64,000 nt of DNA from Phoronis australis (taxonomy: Eukaryota; Animalia; Phoronida): positions 124,001 to 188,000 of the forward strand of contig NMRA01000436.1 in NCBI GenBank assembly GCA_002633005.1. The letters are read 5' to 3'. Shown piece by piece: positions 59,004 through 64,000 of this stretch. Position 1 is the first letter of the stretch; every line of letters starts with the position of its first letter. The notes under the pieces are model-generated. The model was not told the DNA's origin. It searched no databases and saw only the letters and a list, made by a program, of their open reading frames with translations. Made by a program: the position numbers and the translations under genes.

Positions 59004-59688
59004 NNNNNNNNNNNNNNNNNNNNNNNNNNNNNNNNNNNNNNNNNNNNNNNNNNNNNNNNNNNNNNNNNNNNNNNNNNNNNNNNNNNNNNNNNNNNNNNNN
59101 NNNNNNNNNNNNNNNNNNNNNNNNNNNNNNNNNNNNNNNNNNNNNNNNNNNNNNNNNNNNNNNNNNNNNNNNNNNNNNNNNNNNNNNNNNNNNNNNNNNN
59201 NNNNNNNNNNNNNNNNNNNNNNNNNNNNNNNNNNNNNNNNNNNNNNNNNNNNNNNNNNNNNNNNNNNNNNNNNNNNNNNNNNNNNNNNNNNNNNNNNNNN
59301 NNNNNNNNNNNNNNNNNNNNNNNNNNNNNNNNNNNNNNNNNNNNNNNNNNNNNNNNNNNNNNNNNNNNNNNNNNNNNNNNNNNNNNNNNNNNNNNNNNNN
59401 NNNNNNNNNNNNNNNNNNNNNNNNNNNNNNNNNNNNNNNNNNNNNNNNNNNNNNNNNNNNNNNNNNNNNNNNNNNNNNNNNNNNNNNNNNNNNNNNNNNN
59501 NNNNNNNNNNNNNNNNNNNNNNNNNNNNNNNNNNNNNNNNNNNNNNNNNNNNNNNNNNNNNNNNNNNNNNNNNNNNNNNNNNNNNNNNNNNNNNNNNNNN
59601 NNNNNNNNNNNNNNNNNNNNNNNNNNNNNNNNNNNNNNNNNNNNNNNNNNNNNNNNNNNNNNNNNNNNNNNNNNNNNNNNNNNNNNNN
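59004..59688. other. assembly gap
   Basis: Run of N. Confidence 0.99.
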
Positions 59689-59964
59689 ATAACTTGTAAA
59701 AAATGTTCTATCCAATACGTAGGACAAACTCAACATAATCTACAAACTCGGTTTCGTAATCATAGATTTAACATAATACATAAAAACATTTCTGATACTG
59801 TAGGTAATCATTTCAATTCCAAAAACCATAATATTCAAGATCTTTCTGTACAAATAATAGAAAAACTCCAACACCCCAGTACCCCTCACAGACTTAAAAG
59901 AGAACAATATTGGATAGACAAACTGAATACAATAGAACCTCATGGATTGAACATAAAAACTTAA
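59689..59964 (+). mobile_element. Penelope-like element, GIY-YIG endonuclease C-terminus (5' part in assembly gap)
   Basis: Stop-free frame ITCKKCSIQYVGQTQHNLQTRFRNH...VGNHFNSKNH...RLKREQYWIDKLNTIEPHGLN*; missed by the ORF track because it has no start codon. Confidence 0.9.
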
Positions 59965-61381
59965 AATATGTCATTGAATTTTTTACGCAAAAATGTATCA
60001 TTTTCATTACACCATATCTTATATGTCAATTGTCATTTCGTGTTTGATTTTACTTTATTTCTGTTTTTGTTGATAAAGGAAGTTGTTACCTCCGAAAATT
60101 TCAAATTTCAGTTGATCCATTCTTGTTGTTTTATTTACCGATTTATATTCTTCATTTCACGAAACAATAGTATCCTTGGGAGGATCTGGATCGCCTTATT
60201 TAGTTTCAGATATATTTTCTACGTTAAAGATATGCGGGAATTTTCACCGCTCGTCCTTCTGAGCGCGGGCTTTTACCAGGATCAAAGAGAGCGCTACGCC
60301 AGAGTCAGGTACAGTTGTGATGACCGCATTGCCCGATGCGAGCAAGACCCAATTAAGTGTAATTACCCGACCATAAACTGTATAAAACATCCCTGACTGT
60401 ACAACATGGCGAATTTTCAAAATGCATGAACCACTAATTTCGTTAAAAACGAACACGACGGCGGTATTCAGCTCGAAAAAAAAACAACCAAGTACGGTTT
60501 TCGATTTTTAAAAATCAGATTTTTGACTAGGAAACAGTTGTACTTAACTTGTGCCCACTTATATTTTTTATTAGGCCTACTGACAAGGAGCTAGAATAGT
60601 TATATAGTCAGTGCCACCAAAATTGTCCAGAGATTCAGTCTTCAGTTTGGTTATCGCCATATATTCACTTTTGTATATATTTTATGGTTTGAGTTCTAAT
60701 AAAGATTAAACTCAGTTTAATAAAATGTTTAGTGTACCTGTAATGTGGAAAGTTCAGGGATGGGCTCACAATGAACTTAACTAATTAAGTTTTGCTGGCG
60801 ATTGAAATCTACCACTGTTTTGGTACTTCCAGTTTAAAACTTAGATGAAAAGTTATCAACCCGTTTCCGGTAAAAATGAAGTGGGCAGAAGCATTAAAAT
60901 TAAATAACGAAAACCAATATGAAACATATCGTTCCTTTGGGAAGTGGGCCTTTGTGAAGATAAACACAAGTTAACCTTTTTAGTCATTTTGTAATATTTA
61001 TAACGTACCAAGTTAAAACTACTCTCCAGAGTTGCTGGTTGTAACTCTGCAAATGTCAGAGGAAACCAAACTGGGGTCACTAACAACAACCATTGTTGAG
61101 ACAGTGATGCTAGCTATTACCTTTTCACTTCATTAGCTCAGACATACATCAATACAAAGAGCGTGTTGAATAGGCACAGTAAAAGTTGACTGTGGCTAAC
61201 GGAATTTCAGCAGTGACCAGTGTAAGCGAGAACTTCTCCACATGACAAAACACCGCCAATTTAGGTTCCGTGAACAATAAGTTTAGTCATCTGTTAAATT
61301 ACCGGTAATATATATACCTAATTCACGCCGACAGAAGGCGCATTCCAAAACGAGGCTCGCTACGATAGCTCTGTTGGCTTA

Positions 61382-63970
61382 TAGACCCAATTCACGCAAC
61401 CGACATTAAAATCCAAAGCCAGGCTCACTGCGGTAAACAAAGCGGAAATTTACATTGCGTGAGTTAAATGGTCGGTCTTTGGAGTCCAACCTGAATATTA
61501 AATCTTAAAAAATGTGTCAAAAATTAACCACAGAGACGTAGAAAAATACAGTTAAAGAACAAGTCAATGCACCAAAGAGTTGTCTGACGAAAGGATATAT
61601 TTTTTTTTTCCGGAAAACTAGGTTCGAAACATGAAAAGTAAACATGACCAAATTGCGGCGATCGTAGTGTTACGGATTAGGTACTATGCTGAATTCAGGG
61701 TTACGTTTCTTCTAATAAATTCTTGATAAAAATGCTTTCTACACGAACCAGGTCATCTGGTCGTATTGTTGACGAGTTGAAGATATACATGTATTCGACA
61801 GTGGTGGCTCATAGCATTTTGTGTCATGTGCAATTAGTCACATCTGGTTTAACTTGTTGATTAAGAGTAGGCCTATTAGGTTCAAGCATAGCCTAGATCC
61901 TGGTGAGGTAGGCACTACCGGGACTAACAATTGATTTGTCATTATCTGAAGTAATACTTGATGTTATTAAATATATATTTTGATTACGATAAAAAACCAG
62001 GCTCGCAATTGAAAATAAAAAGTGGTATGACCATCAATTCTGCTTTCTTGGTTTTAATAATTACGTGTATTTCATTGTTATATTTTTCAAATATCAATCT
62101 CGACCAAGTTGAATTTTAAAATTAAAACACCTTATCATTTCGTCCAAAGCCCAACCTCGTTTTAGAGCTCAATTTCACTTAACTGGACAGAACAGAGTGG
62201 CGGATTTAGAGGGAGCCAAGGGGGCAATGCCCCCCTTAAAATTCTTCCAGATTCCATTTGGCAGTTCAGGACCGCGAATGTTTGACGGGCAAAATCCTGG
62301 CTAATACTGTGCCTTGCCCCCCCCTCCAACTCAAAGTCCTGGATCCCCCCTGTAATTAGCATAGTTATCATGTTTCTTAAAGAGGTCTCGTTCATATCCG
62401 AGGGGAAAGGTGCCTGTGCGGCCTTCTGAGAGGGTAACGTTTCGCCGAGTGACGGGTCAGTGAAAAATCTACTGACCTCCCGATCACCATCAATAGCACC
62501 CCGCCCTGTTTCAAGCTCTCATAGTTCTGTCTCAAGTAGCATTTTCAGTGGCTGATCTAGGATACCATGAGGGGGGCCGACATCTTCGGAGAAGGGGGCA
62601 AAGCACGATTGTATGCACGCAGGCGGTTCGGAAGTTGCGGGCGCCGAGGATGTATGCCTTCTGCCAAGGAAATCTGTCGTTGGGCTAAAAAAAACGCAAC
62701 GTGATTTCCCCCCCTCGTCCGCTACCGGTCCTAGCTCGTACTCAGTATAGTCAGGCAGTCCTACCGCTTCACGTTTTGCTGGTTTATTTTGCTTGCGGCA
62801 GCCAACGACGTCGAGATTCGGAAGCGTTGGGTGGTTGCCATACGCCGCGACGAAGGAAAATATGTCCATGTAAAGTTTACAAATGTTTTCGAATAGTTAG
62901 ATTATATTTTGAAGCATCTTGGTTGCCGAGCATTAAACCAACGACCGGAGAGTCTTCGGCCAGCCCGGCTGTGTTTTCATGACTACGGCCGGGGTAGAAA
63001 CGTGATGCATTTTTCTTTCCAAAAAAGGACAGGGGTCTCAGGATTTTCTTCGATTTTTCCCCTCACTCGGCGAAAATTCCCCTCTCCGAAGGCACAGTCA
63101 CCTTTGCCCTGATGAACGAGGCCCCTTAAGAAACATGATAACTATGCTTGCTCTGTCCAGTTAACTGGAAGGGAGCTCTAAAACGAAGTTACATGTATGC
63201 TTTGGACGAAAGAATTAGGTGTTTTAATTTTAGAATTCAAGTTGGTCCAGATTGATATTTGAAACCCAACACGTGAAATAGACTTTTAAGTCTATTTCTT
63301 TTAAGTAATTAAAATTACTAAAACCAAGAAAGCAGAATTGATTGTCAAATGATTTTTGTTTTCAATTTTTAGTTTACAAATATATATTTAATAACATCAA
63401 TTATTCTTTCAGATCAACGACAAAACAACTGTTACTCCCGGTAGTCCCTACCTAACCAGGACCTACATGTAGGCTATGCTTGATGTTAATATTCTTGATC
63501 AACAAATTAAACCAGATGTGACAAATTGCACGACAGCAAATTGCGATGATCACCATACACTGTCGAATATATCTTCAACTCGACAACAATACGAGCAGAC
63601 AGCATGGTTAGTGTAGGAAGCATTTTTATCAACAACTTACAAAAAGAAACGTAACCCTGCATTCAGCATAGTACCTAATCCGTAACACTACGATCGCCGC
63701 AATTTGGTCATATTTACTTCTCATGTTTCGAACCAAGTTTTCCGAAAAAATCTTAAACCCCTTCGTCAGCCAACTCTTTGGTGCATTGACATATTCTCCA
63801 ATGTATTTTTCTAAGTCTCTGTGGTTAATTATTGACACATTTTTAAGATTTAATATCCAGGTTCGACTCGAAAGACCGGCAATTTAACTCACGCAAGGTC
63901 AACTTCAACTTTGTATTATCGCAGTGATCCTCGCTTTGGAGTTTAATGTCTGCCGCGGGAATTAGGTCTA
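61382..63970. mobile_element. 2.6-kb foldback element with ~0.9-1.1-kb diverged inverted arms and TAGACC termini (Academ-like, tentative)
   Basis: TA|TAGACCCAATTC...GAATTAGGTCTA|TA. Arms ~61382-62460 and ~63060-63970; the left arm carries a MITE at ~62197-62352. Confidence 0.82.
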
Positions 63971-64000
63971 TAGTCACTTACAGACTCACTAATAATGAGA

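Noticed and set aside
58894-59736. 280-aa ORF in the track
   Set aside because: It is an artefact of translating through the N gap.
57400-61380. Further upstream exons of the WD40 gene
   Set aside because: No frame with credible splice sites and WD/NACHT-like sequence was found; they probably lie beyond the window or in the gap.

Overview
This is animal (invertebrate-like) nuclear DNA with spliced genes in a transposon-rich background; nothing suggests a prokaryotic origin. Three protein-coding loci lie on the minus strand. (1) A complete 5-coding-exon ABITRAM/Simiate (FAM206A) gene runs from 39217 to 8930, with a 576-nt CDS and a 22.4-kb last intron. (2) An intronless orphan ORF of about 1041 aa (45741 to 42616) has a globular-looking N-terminus and a Q/P/N-rich low-complexity centre. 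(3) The eight 3' exons of a large WD40 beta-propeller gene (NWD1/NWD2/qui-1-like by inference) run from 57371 to 50184 and end in a CaaX box. The rest is mostly mobile-element sequence: THAP-carrying TTAA (Kolobok-like) elements, a near full-length decayed L1/Tx1 LINE with nested insertions, CR1-type RT fragments (one with a 5' inversion), a decayed mariner, a Penelope GIY-YIG end, a DIRS-like remnant, Harbinger-like MITEs and two foldback elements. The most unusual structure is a pair of TAG...CTA elements in opposite orientation, separated and flanked by three direct copies of one 9-bp sequence, which suggests repeated insertion into a single target site. There are assembly gaps at 20630-20701 and 59004-59688. 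All calls come from manual reading and translation; no database searches were run.
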